NCBI GenBank assembly: GCA_963761335.1
Contig: CAVXGR010000007.1
Location: 103,651-167,650, forward strand
Direction: 5' to 3'
Length of the DNA: 64,000 nucleotides
Source of the DNA: an uncultured delta proteobacterium
GTDB lineage: Bacteria; Desulfobacterota; Binatia; HRBIN30; BPIQ01
The position numbers and the translations under genes were made by a program. Under the pieces are notes generated by a model. It saw only the letters and a program-made list of their open reading frames with translations, had not been told where the DNA came from and made no database searches. This document shows, piece after piece, positions 10,375 through 20,513 of the stretch. How positions within the stretch are numbered: position 1 is the first letter of the stretch; each line of letters opens with the position of its first letter.

Positions 10375-11217
10375 TCACGATGGCGGAAATTCCGCGTACT
10401 GCGGCAGATCATCTGTGATCACGTCCCATGGCGCCATCGAGCCGACGAAGATGTGGCTCTGGGGGCGTGTGCCCGGGTCGTCGTCGAAGCCGCCCATCGG
10501 CACGATCGCCCAATCGCGGCTGCGATCGATGTACGGCGCCGCGGAGCCGCAGACTCGGCAGAAGGCCTGAGTGAAGCGCTGCGCTTCGGGCACCTTGTAG
10601 GCCTCGACGAGATCGGCGCCGCGGGTGAAGCGCAGGCCGTCGGCCTGGGTGATCAGGTTGGACGCGAACGCCGCCGAGCGCGCGCGCCGGCAGCGACCGC
10701 AGTGGCAGTAGCGGGCGCGGATCGGCGCTCCCTCCATGATGTAGGTGATACCGCCGCAGAGACAGCTGCCGCGCGGCCTGCCGGGCGGGTCGAGCAGCGC
10801 CCGGTCGGGAAGTACCGCGGCATCCACTCCGGGCGGATAGGCGTCGAACTGCGGCAGCTGGTCGGTGATCTCCACCCACGGCGCCTTCGAGGCCGTGAAG
10901 ATGTGCCCCACCGGCCGCACCCCGGGATCGGCGTCGAAGTTGCCCGCCGGCATGAAGATCTTGTCCTCGAACGCGGGCCCGGGAACCACCGATCCGCAGC
11001 GACCGCAGAAGCAGCGGACGATCCCCGGCGTCGACTCCCAGCGGCGCACCTGCTCACTTCCCTGCAGGCGGAATCCGCTCTCCGGACAGGCGACGAAGGT
11101 GGCGTAGGCGGCCCCGTGCGTCTTCCGGCAGCGCGAGCAGTGGCAATGGTGCATCAGCTCCAACGGCCCGTCGGCCTCCCAGGTGACACTTTCGCAGAGA
11201 CAGCGCGCTCGGTTCAT
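10375..11217 (-). CDS. Tandem two-domain GFA/CENP-V family Zn protein
   Basis: Two copies of CLC..CHCxxCR..FCxxCGS..HIFxxSxAPW. Confidence 0.88.
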   Translation of the reverse strand: MNRARCLCESVTWEADGPLELMHHCHCSRCRKTHGAAYATFVACPESGFRLQGSEQVRRWESTPGIVRCFCGRCGSVVPGPAFEDKIFMPAGNFDADPGVRPVGHIFTASKAPWVEITDQLPQFDAYPPGVDAAVLPDRALLDPPGRPRGSCLCGGITYIMEGAPIRARYCHCGRCRRARSAAFASNLITQADGLRFTRGADLVEAYKVPEAQRFTQAFCRVCGSAAPYIDRSRDWAIVPMGGFDDDPGTRPQSHIFVGSMAPWDVITDDLPQYAEFPPS

Positions 11218-11294
11218 GAACCTTCTGCTAGCACAGATCTCCATCCCGATTCACGAGCGGAGATTCCACGGGCGATGAACGTCGGGGCTTCGGT

Positions 11295-11385
11295 TTACGG
11301 GTTCTCGGGTTGGAGGGTTGCCGGGTTCCTCACCAACCCGAAAACCCGTAAGCTCCCGAAACCGAGCCACCGAGCCACTGAACTC
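11295..11385. repeat. Degenerate 8-nt-period intergenic hairpin repeat
   Basis: cgggttctcgggtt..aacccgaaaacccg followed by accgagcc-accgagcc-actga; related tracts at ~10310-10368, 38862-39029, 57270-57439 and 61500-61696. Confidence 0.55.
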
Positions 11386-11390
11386 CGCGA

Positions 11391-14126
11391 ATGAACGAGC
11401 CGGACCCCGCCGACGACAGCACCGATGCGGAATCCCTGCGCCTGAGAGCCGACCGGGCGCGCACGCAGAACTGGAAGCGCTGGGGGCCGTACCTGTCGGA
11501 GCGACAGTGGGGCACGGTGCGCGAAGACTACTCGGCGAACGGTGACAGCTGGGAGTACCTCCCGCACGATCACGCCCGCAGCCGCGCCTATCGCTGGGGA
11601 GAGGACGGGCTGCTCGGCATCACCGACCGCGAGTGCCGCCTGTGCTTCGCTCTGGCGTTGTGGAACGGCCGCGATCCGATTCTCAAGGAGCGCCTCTTCG
11701 GCCTCACTGGGCCGGAGGGAAACCACGGCGAGGACGTGAAGGAGTGCTACTTCTATCTCGACTCGACGCCGACGCACTCCTACATGAAGGCTCTCTACAA
11801 GTACCCGCAGGAGGCCTTTCCATACGCGCGGCTGGTCGAAGAGAACCGCCGCCGCAGCAAGGAAGTCCCGGAGTTCGAGATCCTCGACACCGGCGTCTTC
11901 GACGAGGGCCGTTACTTCGACGTGCAGGCCGAGTACGCCAAGAACGGACCGGACGACATCCTCATCCGCGTCACCGTCACCAACCGCGGGCCGGATGCCG
12001 CACGACTGCATCTGCTGCCGACGCTGTGGTTTCGCAACAACTGGTCGTGGGGCCGCGTCGGCGAGTCCTACGGGCCGCGACCGCGCATCGCCCGCAGCGG
12101 CGACACCGGCCTGGTTGCAGCCCAAGAAACACTCGGCCAGTTTCGTCTGGAGATCGAGTCCGACGGCGAGCCGCCGGGCTTTCTCTTCACCGAGAACGAG
12201 ACCAACACCACCCGCCTCTACGGCACCGCGGGCGCCACCTACGTCAAGGATGCCTTTCACGAGGTTGTCGTCCACGGCAAGCTCGCCGCGGCAAACCCCG
12301 AGCCGGTGGGCTCGAAGGCGTCGGCGCACTGCCTTCTCGATCTCCCCGCCGGCGGCGCGCGAGTGGTGCGCCTGCGCTTCTTTGCCGCCGACCAGGCGCC
12401 GCCCGCGCTCTTCGGCCCGGGCTTCGAGCAGATCTTCGCGCAGCGCATCGCCGAGGCGGACGAGTTCCACCAGCGCTGCGCTCCGGCGTCGTTGTCGGAA
12501 GAGGAGCGCCGCGTCGTGCGCCAGGCGCGAGCCGGGCTGCTGTGGTCGAAGCAGTTCTACTACTACGTCGTGCGCGAGTGGCTCGAGGGCGATCCGGCGG
12601 AGCCGCCTCCCCCGCCGGCACGGCAGCTCGGCCGCAACCACGAGTGGAGGCATCTCTACAACCGCGACGTCATCTCCATGCCCGACACCTGGGAGTACCC
12701 CTGGTACGCGGCGTGGGACCTCGCCTTTCACATGATCCCGTTCGCCGCGATTGACCCGCACTTCGCCAAGGAGCAGCTCGTCCTCCTGCTGCGCGAATGG
12801 TACATGCATCCGAACGGGCAGATCCCCGCCTACGAGTTTGCCTTCTCGGACGTCAACCCGCCGGTGCACGCCTGGAGCGCTTGGCGCGTCTACAAGATGA
12901 CCGGGCCACGCGGCGGCCGCGACCGCTTCTTTCTGGCGCGCGTCTTTCAGAAGCTGCTCATCAACTTCACCTGGTGGGTGAACCGCAAGGACGCCGAGGG
13001 CAACAACCTCTTCTCGGGCGGCTTTCTCGGCCTCGACAACATCGGCGTCTTCGACCGCTCCCGGCCGCTGCCCACCGGCGGCCGCCTGGAGCAAGCGGAT
13101 GGCACCGCCTGGATGGCGTTCTACTGCAACACCATGCTGTCGATGGCGCTGGAGCTGGCGCGAGAGAACCCGGAGTACGAAGACGTCGCCTCGAAGTTCT
13201 TCGAGCACTTCGTCGCCATCTCCGACGCCATGAACAGCATGGGCGGCGAAGGCCTCTGGGACGAGGAAGACGGCTTCTACTATGACCAGGTGCATCACGA
13301 CGGCACGCACATCCCGCTGCGGGTGCGATCCCTCATCGGCCTCATTCCCCTCCTTGCCGTCGAGGTGCTCGATCAATCGGCGATCGATCGATTGCCCGGC
13401 TTTCGCAAGCGCATGCAGTGGTTCATCGAGAACCGGCCGGACCTGGCGGCGAACATCGCCTGGATGGCGGCTCGTGACGACAACCCCCACGGCCGGCGCC
13501 TGCTGGCGCTGCCCTCCCGCAAACGCCTGGAAGGCGTGCTGCGCTACCTGCTCGACGAGAACGAGTTCCTCTCTCCCCATGGGATTCGCTCGGTCTCGCG
13601 CTTTCACAGGGATCATCCCTACGTGTTCACCGCCGGCGGGCAGGAGTACCGCGTCAGCTACCTACCCGGCGAGTCGGACAGCGGTCTCTTCGGCGGCAAC
13701 TCCAACTGGCGCGGACCGATCTGGTTCCCGCTCAACTACCTCCTGATCGAGGCGCTCGAACGCTATCATCACTTCTACGGCGACAGCTTGCAGGTCGAGT
13801 TTCCCACCGGCTCCGGGCGCCGGCTCAACCTCGCGCAAGTGGCGCGGGAGCTGGCGGCGCGGCTCGCCGGCATCTTTCTCGCGGACGAGAGCGGTCGCCG
13901 CCCCTGCCACGGCGGCGACCGCCGCTTCGCCGACGATCCTCACTGGCGAGACCTCATCCTCTTCTACGAGTACTTTCACGGCGACAGCGGCCGCGGGCTC
14001 GGCGCCAGCCACCAGACCGGCTGGACAGCGCTCGCCGCCCGCTGCATCGAGAAGTGCGCCCGCGGGCGGGCCGAGCCGCCGGCGGCCCCGATCGCCTCGC
14101 CCGTAGCGCCTGCCGGGAGCGAGTAG
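11391..14126 (+). CDS. GH63/MGH1-like glucosidase
   Basis: [63 protein letters not shown]. Confidence 0.92.
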   Translation: MNEPDPADDSTDAESLRLRADRARTQNWKRWGPYLSERQWGTVREDYSANGDSWEYLPHDHARSRAYRWGEDGLLGITDRECRLCFALALWNGRDPILKERLFGLTGPEGNHGEDVKECYFYLDSTPTHSYMKALYKYPQEAFPYARLVEENRRRSKEVPEFEILDTGVFDEGRYFDVQAEYAKNGPDDILIRVTVTNRGPDAARLHLLPTLWFRNNWSWGRVGESYGPRPRIARSGDTGLVAAQETLGQFRLEIESDGEPPGFLFTENETNTTRLYGTAGATYVKDAFHEVVVHGKLAAANPEPVGSKASAHCLLDLPAGGARVVRLRFFAADQAPPALFGPGFEQIFAQRIAEADEFHQRCAPASLSEEERRVVRQARAGLLWSKQFYYYVVREWLEGDPAEPPPPPARQLGRNHEWRHLYNRDVISMPDTWEYPWYAAWDLAFHMIPFAAIDPHFAKEQLVLLLREWYMHPNGQIPAYEFAFSDVNPPVHAWSAWRVYKMTGPRGGRDRFFLARVFQKLLINFTWWVNRKDAEGNNLFSGGFLGLDNIGVFDRSRPLPTGGRLEQADGTAWMAFYCNTMLSMALELARENPEYEDVASKFFEHFVAISDAMNSMGGEGLWDEEDGFYYDQVHHDGTHIPLRVRSLIGLIPLLAVEVLDQSAIDRLPGFRKRMQWFIENRPDLAANIAWMAARDDNPHGRRLLALPSRKRLEGVLRYLLDENEFLSPHGIRSVSRFHRDHPYVFTAGGQEYRVSYLPGESDSGLFGGNSNWRGPIWFPLNYLLIEALERYHHFYGDSLQVEFPTGSGRRLNLAQVARELAARLAGIFLADESGRRPCHGGDRRFADDPHWRDLILFYEYFHGDSGRGLGASHQTGWTALAARCIEKCARGRAEPPAAPIASPVAPAGSE

Positions 14127-14172
14127 AAGCGCCGTCCCGGCGCTTTCCGAAACGGCGAGACGCCGCTTCTAC
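14123..14172. repeat. REP doublet whose GTAG end forms the stop codon of the GH63 gene
   Basis: gtagaagcgccgtcccggcgctttccgaaacggcgagacgccgcttctac. Confidence 0.75.
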
Positions 14173-14198
14173 TCCGCCCGCGCGCCGGCGGCTCGACC

Positions 14199-14516
14199 TC
14201 AGCGCCCCACTTCCCCGGTCCGGCGCAGGTGTCGTTGATAGTAGCCGAGGGTGCGGAGCGAGAAAGGCTCGGCCTCGACCAGCGCGAAGGCCCCGGCCGC
14301 GTCGCTCGCCCAGCCGACGCAGAGGCGGCCATCCTCGTCGCGGACGAACGCCAGCCGCCCGTGTACCCCCGGCTCTTTGCGCAGCTCGTATGTCGGCCCC
14401 GTCATCACCAGGCTCTCGCCGCGCGCCAACGCCGCCTCGACGCCGAGCTGCCGCAGCAGGCGCCGCGCCTTGACGGAGGTGATGCCGTCGGCAGGAGCGT
14501 CCCGGCCGCGGCTCAC
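14199..14516 (-). CDS. Hypothetical protein
   Basis: GTG start overlaps the upstream stop (GTGA); plausible composition. Confidence 0.55.
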   Translation of the reverse strand: MSRGRDAPADGITSVKARRLLRQLGVEAALARGESLVMTGPTYELRKEPGVHGRLAFVRDEDGRLCVGWASDAAGAFALVEAEPFSLRTLGYYQRHLRRTGEVGR

Positions 14517-15139
14517 TTCGCCTGCGGATAAACGGCGTACGTGCCGGTGATCGCCGCTTGCCCGAGCACGTGTCCGCGAATCGCCTGCCGCACGTCGTCG
14601 CCGGTGAACTTGCCGTCGACCGGACAGCGCTCGGCGTCAAGCGCGTAGAGGGTGAAGTGATAGTGGTGGATGATCTCGTCGTTCCACGGCGGGCAGGGGC
14701 CATCGTAGCCGAAGTACTCGCCCGACATCTCCTGGTCGGCAGCGAACCACTGAGTGTAGTTGTTGAGTCCCTGGCGAGTGCCGCGCGGCCCCTGGGGACC
14801 GTCTTTGCCGCGCGGCGTGATGCCGCTCGAGAGCTCTCCTTCAGCGATGGACACAGCGTCCGCCGGCAGATCGACGAGAACCCAGTGAAAGAAATCGACG
14901 CGCGGCAGGCTCCGGGGGACTGTCTTGCCTTCCTGATTGACGTCATCGGGGCGGCTCGGGACATCCGAGTCATGGCAGATCAAGGCCAGGGACCTGGTTC
15001 CCGGCGGGAGCTCCGACCACGCCAGATGGGGGTTGCGATTGTCACTCAGCTCGACATGGGTCTCGGCATTCGCTTTGCCGAAGGCGCAGCGCTCGGGAAT
15101 CCGCTGGCCGTTCGCGAAGCTGTCGCTCCAGATCTTCAT
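14513..15139 (-). CDS. YbhB/YbcL family (PEBP/Raf kinase inhibitor-like) protein
   Basis: NPHLAWSELPPGTRSLALICHD, FFHWVLVD, GYDGPCPP, HHYHFTLYALD; GAGGAGG RBS. Confidence 0.92.
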   Translation of the reverse strand: MKIWSDSFANGQRIPERCAFGKANAETHVELSDNRNPHLAWSELPPGTRSLALICHDSDVPSRPDDVNQEGKTVPRSLPRVDFFHWVLVDLPADAVSIAEGELSSGITPRGKDGPQGPRGTRQGLNNYTQWFAADQEMSGEYFGYDGPCPPWNDEIIHHYHFTLYALDAERCPVDGKFTGDDVRQAIRGHVLGQAAITGTYAVYPQAK

Positions 15140-15215
15140 GGCGCCGTCCTCCTCATCGCATCGATGCGGCGAATGATGCGCAGCCGCCGCACCGCTGTCA
15201 ACGTGCGATCGTCCC

Positions 15216-16157
15216 TCACGTCTCGGCGGCGGACTCCGCCCACTCGCCCGCCGGGGCGGTTTCGCGCGAGCTGATGATGGCACCGATGGCGACGAGCACG
15301 GTCACGCCGCCGGCGATCTGCGGAGCGCGCAACATCTCGCCCAGAAACACGGCCGCCAGCGCCGAGGCGATGATCGGAATCGCCAGCATCATGATCGACA
15401 TGATGAACGCCGACGCGTGACGGTGCGCCCAGTTGGTGAGGAAATGGCCGAGCGTCCCGGGAAGGACGGCGATGCCGGCGAGGAGCAGCCAGTCCCAGCC
15501 CCGCGGCGAGCCGAGCTGCTGACCGGTGAGCAGGCAGGCGAGCAGGATCCAGAAGCCCGCCACCGTGGTCATGCCGACGACGTACTCGGAGGCACCGATG
15601 TGGGTGCGGAGGCGCTTGGAGACCAGGAAGTAGGCGGTGAAGGCGAAGAGGTTGGCGACGGCGACCAGATCGCCGAAGGGGCTCCAGGACGGCGAGCCGG
15701 CGGAGCCGACGATGACGATCACGGTGCCGGCCATGGCGAGCAGCGACCAGCCGAGGCCGCGCCAGCTGGTGCGCTCGCCGAAGGCGCGGCCCGCCACCAG
15801 CAGCACCAGCACCGGCTGCAGCGAGCCGATGATGGTGACGTTGGCGACGCTGGTGAGCTTCACGCAGTTGAAGAAGAGGACCTGGTGCAGGCCGAAGAGA
15901 CTGCCGCCGATCAGGCTGGCGTTGAGCCAGTTGCGGTCCATTCGCCGGCGCAGCGACGGCGTCACCGCGGTGAGCGTCCACAGCAGTGCCGCAGCGAACC
16001 ACAGGCGGTAGAAGGAGGCGACCAGGCCGGTGGTGGAGATCGCCTTGATGGCGACGTTGCTGCACCCCCAGGTCGCCACCGCTCCCGCCATCGCCAGGAT
16101 GGCGAGCGACGACTGGTCGGCGAACCGCGCCTTGAAGATGAGCTTCTTCCCAGACAT
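15216..16157 (-). CDS. DMT/EamA family transporter
   Basis: About 10 hydrophobic helices in two EamA repeats; LQPV..FGER and FLGE motifs; start codon uncertain. Confidence 0.88.
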   Translation of the reverse strand: MSGKKLIFKARFADQSSLAILAMAGAVATWGCSNVAIKAISTTGLVASFYRLWFAAALLWTLTAVTPSLRRRMDRNWLNASLIGGSLFGLHQVLFFNCVKLTSVANVTIIGSLQPVLVLLVAGRAFGERTSWRGLGWSLLAMAGTVIVIVGSAGSPSWSPFGDLVAVANLFAFTAYFLVSKRLRTHIGASEYVVGMTTVAGFWILLACLLTGQQLGSPRGWDWLLLAGIAVLPGTLGHFLTNWAHRHASAFIMSIMMLAIPIIASALAAVFLGEMLRAPQIAGGVTVLVAIGAIISSRETAPAGEWAESAAET

Positions 16158-16201
16158 ATTCTCCACAGCCCGCCGCAAGGGCCGGCGCGATCGCGAAGTA
16201 G

Positions 16202-17167
16202 ATGCCACATTCATCCCGATATGCGAAGCTTGCCTGGCTGACGCTGGGCTTCAATCTGCTGGTGATTCTGTGGGGCGCCTTTGTGCGCGCCAGCGGCTCC
16301 GGAGCGGGCTGCGGCAGCCATTGGCCGCTGTGCAATGGCGAGGTCGTGCCGCACTCGCCGGCGGTGGCCACCATGATCGAGTTCGGCCATCGCCTGAGCA
16401 GCGGCGTCGCCCTGCTGTTGATCGCCGGCCTGGTCATCGGCGCCTGGCGTCTCTATCCGCGCGGCCACCGCGTGCGCCTCGGCGCCGCTCTGTCCGGGCT
16501 CTTCATCGTCACCGAGGCGCTCATCGGCGCCGGTCTGGTGCTGCTCGAGCTGGTGGCCCACAACGCCTCGGCAGCGCGCGGCTTCTGGGTGGCCGGGCAC
16601 CTGCTGAACACCTTCCTGCTGGTGGCCGCCCTGACCGTCACCGCATGGTGGGCCTCGGGAGGGTCGTGGCTGCGCCTCCGCGACCGCGGGACACTGCCAC
16701 TCGCCCTCGGGATCGCCGTCGCCGGCGTCCTCGTGCTCGCCATCAGCGGCGCGGTCACCGCCCTCGGCGACACGCTCTTTCCCGCAACCAGCCTGGCACA
16801 GGCGGAGGCGCAGACCTTCTCGCCGACGGCGCACATCTTCGTGCGCCTGCGCATCTGGCATCCGACGCTCGCCGTCGTCGTCGGCTTCGCCCTGCTCGTC
16901 GCCTGCGCCCGCGCCCTTGCCGAGCCGCGATCCAGCGCCCGCCCGTTCGCCGTCGGCCTGATCGGGCTCTATCTGCTGCAGCTGAGCGTCGGTCTGGTGA
17001 ACGTCTGGTTTCTGGCCCCGATCGGCATCCAAGTCCTGCATCTGTTGCTCTCGGACCTGATCTGGATCTTCCTGGTGCTGATGACCGCCAGCGCCCTCGC
17101 CGAGCCACAGCGCGCCACCAACCCTCTCTACGCCGAGGCCGGCGCCGCAGTCTCGCAGCGGCTGTGA
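16202..17167 (+). CDS. ctaA: Heme A synthase (COX15/CtaA family)
   Basis: GAFVRASGSGAGCGSHWPLCNG, EFGHR, EALIG and conserved His residues across ~8 TM helices. Confidence 0.8.
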   Translation: MPHSSRYAKLAWLTLGFNLLVILWGAFVRASGSGAGCGSHWPLCNGEVVPHSPAVATMIEFGHRLSSGVALLLIAGLVIGAWRLYPRGHRVRLGAALSGLFIVTEALIGAGLVLLELVAHNASAARGFWVAGHLLNTFLLVAALTVTAWWASGGSWLRLRDRGTLPLALGIAVAGVLVLAISGAVTALGDTLFPATSLAQAEAQTFSPTAHIFVRLRIWHPTLAVVVGFALLVACARALAEPRSSARPFAVGLIGLYLLQLSVGLVNVWFLAPIGIQVLHLLLSDLIWIFLVLMTASALAEPQRATNPLYAEAGAAVSQRL

Positions 17168-17178
17168 TCGGGGAAGGC

Positions 17179-17346
17179 GAGGTTACCGAGGAGCACCCGT
17201 TTTCATTCTCATTCCCGGTTCTCGTTCCGTCGTTTTCCATTCGCTCTGACAGCCGCGAGTCGCCCGCAGCGGACCCCTCTCACCGCGACTCGCAGAACCG
17301 ATGGAAAACGACGGAACGAGAACCGGGAATGAGAACGGAGAATGAG
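17179..17346. repeat. Long inverted-repeat (MITE-like) element; possible bidirectional terminator
   Basis: Perfect 35-bp inverted repeat 17206-17240 / 17301-17335 between convergent genes; second copy near 28205-28366. Confidence 0.75.
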
Positions 17347-17390
17347 GGGCAACCCGCCTTCCTGCGCTCCGATGGTCGCCGGGGTTGCCG

Positions 17391-18971
17391 CTATGAGGAG
17401 ACGTGGGGCGTCAGGTGCAGCGAGTGGTCGCTGCCGCTGCCGCGAAGGAACAGCAGGCGCTGGGCCTCCGGATCGAAGCTCCAGCTGTCGCCCTCCGACA
17501 CCTGGACGTCGAAGCCGTCCGGGTAGTGGCGGGCGGCGGGCACGAAGATCTCGGTGGGGTCGGGCGGGCGGTTCTCCGGATCGTCGCGGAACTCGAGATC
17601 GAAGACGCGGGTGTCGGGGTCGAAGCGCATGAGCGTCGGCACCCCCGCGATGCGGCGCCCGTAGGGGCGGGCAAGGACGTCGACCAATGACCCCTTCTCG
17701 TTGCCTTCGGCGTCGACGACGCTGAAGGTGTTGTCGGAGGGGAAGTAGGCCCACACGGCGCCGCCGATCAGGCGGCGATCCTGCTCGGCGAGGCTGTCGC
17801 GCAGGAACAGCTCGGTGGCGGCGCGGTAGCCACCGGCCTCCGCGGTGTTGCCGCCGAACTCGCCGACGAACAACGGCCCACCGAGGCCCTGCGCCTCGGT
17901 CTCCGCCAAGGTGTAATCGGCGGTGATCTTCGCGGCATCGCCGTCGTACTTGAGCTCGGGAAGACCGTAGGTCTCGGTGTACAGGTGCGGCGCGTACACC
18001 ACGTCCGGCGCAAACGGCTCGGTCGTCGTCGGCGCGCCGATGTTGCGGGTGATCGAAGGAGTGAAGAAGAAGGTCTGCCCGGCGCCCTCCTCCTGCACCG
18101 CTTGCCGCACGCGGCGATAGAAGGGATCGAGCACCTCAGTCTCGAAGGTGCCGACCGGGATGCAGGTGAAGGCGGTCGGCTCGTTGAAGTAATCGAAGCC
18201 GGCGATGCGTGCATCGCCGGCGTAGTGGCGCGCCACCAGCCGCCAGGCGTCGACGAAGTGATCAATCAACGTGCGGCCGTCCGCCGCCGTGGCGCCCTGG
18301 AAGAAATCGCACGAGGCGCGTTGCTGTCCGGCGGTGTCGTCGCTGTAGCCGCGTCCGTCGCAGACCCAGGCAGGCGCGCCGTTGCCGTTGGTGAAGCACG
18401 GCGACCACTGGAACTGGTGCATCTCGAGGACGACGAGCATGCCGTGCGCCGCGGCGTACTCGACGACCGGATCGACCTGCTCGAGCAGATAGGTGTCGTC
18501 GTACTGGCTCGGTTGCGGCTCGAGATAGCTCCAGGCGATCGGCAGGCGAATGACGTCGAAGCCCCAGCTCTGCATCTGCGCGAAGTCCGACTCCTCCGGG
18601 CCGTGGGCGTGGCCGATGAAGTTGCCGAACTCGAGCCCCGAGTAGTTGGCGCCGCGCAGGAGAACGACCCGCTCCTGGGAGTCGCGAATCCAGTCGCTCT
18701 CGGCGTGGATGCGCAGGGCCTCCAGGGTGGCGATGCGCGTCGGCGTCACCGTCGGCGTCGCCGAGGGCTCGGGAGTCGAGGTCGGCGACATCTCCACGGT
18801 CGCCGTTGGCGTGGCGGTCGACACCGCGGTGGCCGCTGTGGTCGCGGTCGCCGTCGCCTCCGCGCCTGCGGTCGCCGTCGGCGAGAGCAGCGGAACCGGG
18901 GAGAGGCCGTTGTCACAGCCGGTGGCGAAGGCGAGAGCCAACAGGAACGGGCAGAAGGAGCGCAGTCGCAT
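17391..18971 (-). CDS. GH5 endoglycoceramidase-like lipoprotein
   Basis: Lipobox FATGC; TP linker; LLRGAN, IRLPIAW, EMHQ; acid/base NEP; YAPHLY; nucleophile GEFG; C-terminal RPY..RIAG.P beta domain. Confidence 0.87.
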   Translation of the reverse strand: MRLRSFCPFLLALAFATGCDNGLSPVPLLSPTATAGAEATATATTAATAVSTATPTATVEMSPTSTPEPSATPTVTPTRIATLEALRIHAESDWIRDSQERVVLLRGANYSGLEFGNFIGHAHGPEESDFAQMQSWGFDVIRLPIAWSYLEPQPSQYDDTYLLEQVDPVVEYAAAHGMLVVLEMHQFQWSPCFTNGNGAPAWVCDGRGYSDDTAGQQRASCDFFQGATAADGRTLIDHFVDAWRLVARHYAGDARIAGFDYFNEPTAFTCIPVGTFETEVLDPFYRRVRQAVQEEGAGQTFFFTPSITRNIGAPTTTEPFAPDVVYAPHLYTETYGLPELKYDGDAAKITADYTLAETEAQGLGGPLFVGEFGGNTAEAGGYRAATELFLRDSLAEQDRRLIGGAVWAYFPSDNTFSVVDAEGNEKGSLVDVLARPYGRRIAGVPTLMRFDPDTRVFDLEFRDDPENRPPDPTEIFVPAARHYPDGFDVQVSEGDSWSFDPEAQRLLFLRGSGSDHSLHLTPHVSS

Positions 18972-19100
18972 GCGGGACTTGTCCCCGATCCTCGGCGCGT
19001 CTGTCAAGGACGGCGTTGCCGCGGCGCCGCAGTGGCATCCGCGGGCCGTATTTCCTTGACGTCCATCCTCTCCCCAAACGGAGAACGCCGTCGCCGCATA

Positions 19101-19116
19101 TGGCGTGAGCTTTGCT
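19101..19116 (+). promoter_or_regulatory. Sigma54 (-24/-12) promoter upstream of pspA
   Basis: TGGC-GTGAGCT-TTGCT, 38 bp before the ATG. Confidence 0.65.
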
Positions 19117-19153
19117 GCACACTCCCCGGAATCGCCTTGGAAGGAGGCCAACG

Positions 19154-19840
19154 ATGACCATTTTCAAGAGGATGCAGTACATCGTACGCGGCAAGACCGA
19201 GAAGGTCCTGGACTGTTTGGAGAAGCCCGAGGAGCAGCTCTCGGTCTTCATCAACGAGCTGAACGATCAGCTGGTCAGCCTGCAGAAGGCTGTGGCGCGG
19301 GCGATGGCGGACGAGAAGCGCCTGAAGATGGAGATCGACGACCACCTCTCGCAGGCCGGAGAATGGGAGAAGCGCGCCGTTCTGGCGGTAGAGAGCGGCA
19401 ACGACGAGCTCGCCAAGCAGGCCCTGCTCAAGAAGGAGGAGCGCGAGTCCCGCGCCCTGGACGTGCAGAAGGCCTGGGAGTCGCAGCGCGCCGCCACCGA
19501 GAAGCTCAAGGCCTCACTGCAGACGAGCAAGGAGCGCATCGCCGACGCCAAGCGCAAGTACACCTTGATGGTCGCTCAGTACAAGTCGGCGGAAACCAAC
19601 AAGAAGGTGCAGGACTCCCTCTCGGAGCACGCGCGCAACTCGCCGGCGGCGATGATGGAACGGCTGAATGACAAGATCCGCACCATCGAGGCAGAGACCG
19701 AGGCGGCCCTGGAGCTCACTGGCGACGCCGGCGGCGCCGAGCTGGAGGCGAAGTTCGCCGATCTCGAGCGCGGCAAGCGCGGCGAGCAGGCATTGGAGTC
19801 GCTGAAGGCCAAGCTGGCAGAGAAGCCGCCGGCGCCGTAA
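19154..19840 (+). CDS. pspA: PspA/IM30 family protein
   Basis: MTIFKRM amphipathic N-terminus; EKPEEQL; WEKRAVLAVESGNDELAKQAL; coiled coil; AAGGAGG RBS. Confidence 0.88.
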   Translation: MTIFKRMQYIVRGKTEKVLDCLEKPEEQLSVFINELNDQLVSLQKAVARAMADEKRLKMEIDDHLSQAGEWEKRAVLAVESGNDELAKQALLKKEERESRALDVQKAWESQRAATEKLKASLQTSKERIADAKRKYTLMVAQYKSAETNKKVQDSLSEHARNSPAAMMERLNDKIRTIEAETEAALELTGDAGGAELEAKFADLERGKRGEQALESLKAKLAEKPPAP

Positions 19841-19876
19841 TCGCGCCGCGGGGAACAGGGACGGTATCCCATACCT

Positions 19877-20503
19877 TCACATTCGCCGCGACTCCTTGGC
19901 GAACAGCAGCGCCAGCACGAGGTGGGCGGGCACGGAGATCAGCGCCACCAGCTCGCCGGACAGACCATAGCTGACACCGGCACCGATGAGCAGCAGGGCG
20001 TATGGCCGCAACAGCCCAGCGCCGGCGTCAGGGGGCAAGCGAAGAAGAGCGTAGCCGAGGGCGATCGAGAGGATCTCGATCGCCAGGTAGAAGAGGTAAC
20101 CGTAGCCGACCGAGATGCTGTAGAGGCCGAACACGGGCAGCCTGTAGACAGAAAAGCTGTCGGCGCCACTGCCGATCAGCCCCAAGCGCGCGAAGCCGTC
20201 GAACGCACACACGACCACCGTCGCCGCGACGAGATGGTCGGCGCCGAGAAATTGCTGGCGGCGATGCAGCCAATCGCGGAGGCATACGAGCAGGTAGATC
20301 TGACCGCCGCGAAGGACCAGCACAAGCAGCACCTTCATCAGGACCGGTAGACCAGCCGTTACCCCTGGCGTCACCAGAAAGGAGAGCCACAGCCCGGCCG
20401 AGACGAAGGCCACCACGGAGCCGAGGGCGAGGTACGACTGCGCACTTGCTTCACTGCTCACCGCTCCCCTGGAGAGGCGACTTGCGGCTGCATTTGCTCC
20501 CAT
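19877..20503 (-). CDS. Multi-pass membrane protein of unknown function
   Basis: About 6 hydrophobic segments; starts 10 bp after the kinase stop. Confidence 0.65.
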   Translation of the reverse strand: MGANAAASRLSRGAVSSEASAQSYLALGSVVAFVSAGLWLSFLVTPGVTAGLPVLMKVLLVLVLRGGQIYLLVCLRDWLHRRQQFLGADHLVAATVVVCAFDGFARLGLIGSGADSFSVYRLPVFGLYSISVGYGYLFYLAIEILSIALGYALLRLPPDAGAGLLRPYALLLIGAGVSYGLSGELVALISVPAHLVLALLFAKESRRM

Positions 20504-20513
20504 CGCGATTCCC

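Noticed and set aside
11295..13616. Long antisense ORFs (also 39911-41710, 57446-59773, 59730-61667, 61703-63967, 32169-34175, 36018-38048)
   Set aside because: Shadow frames of well-supported genes, expected in high-GC DNA
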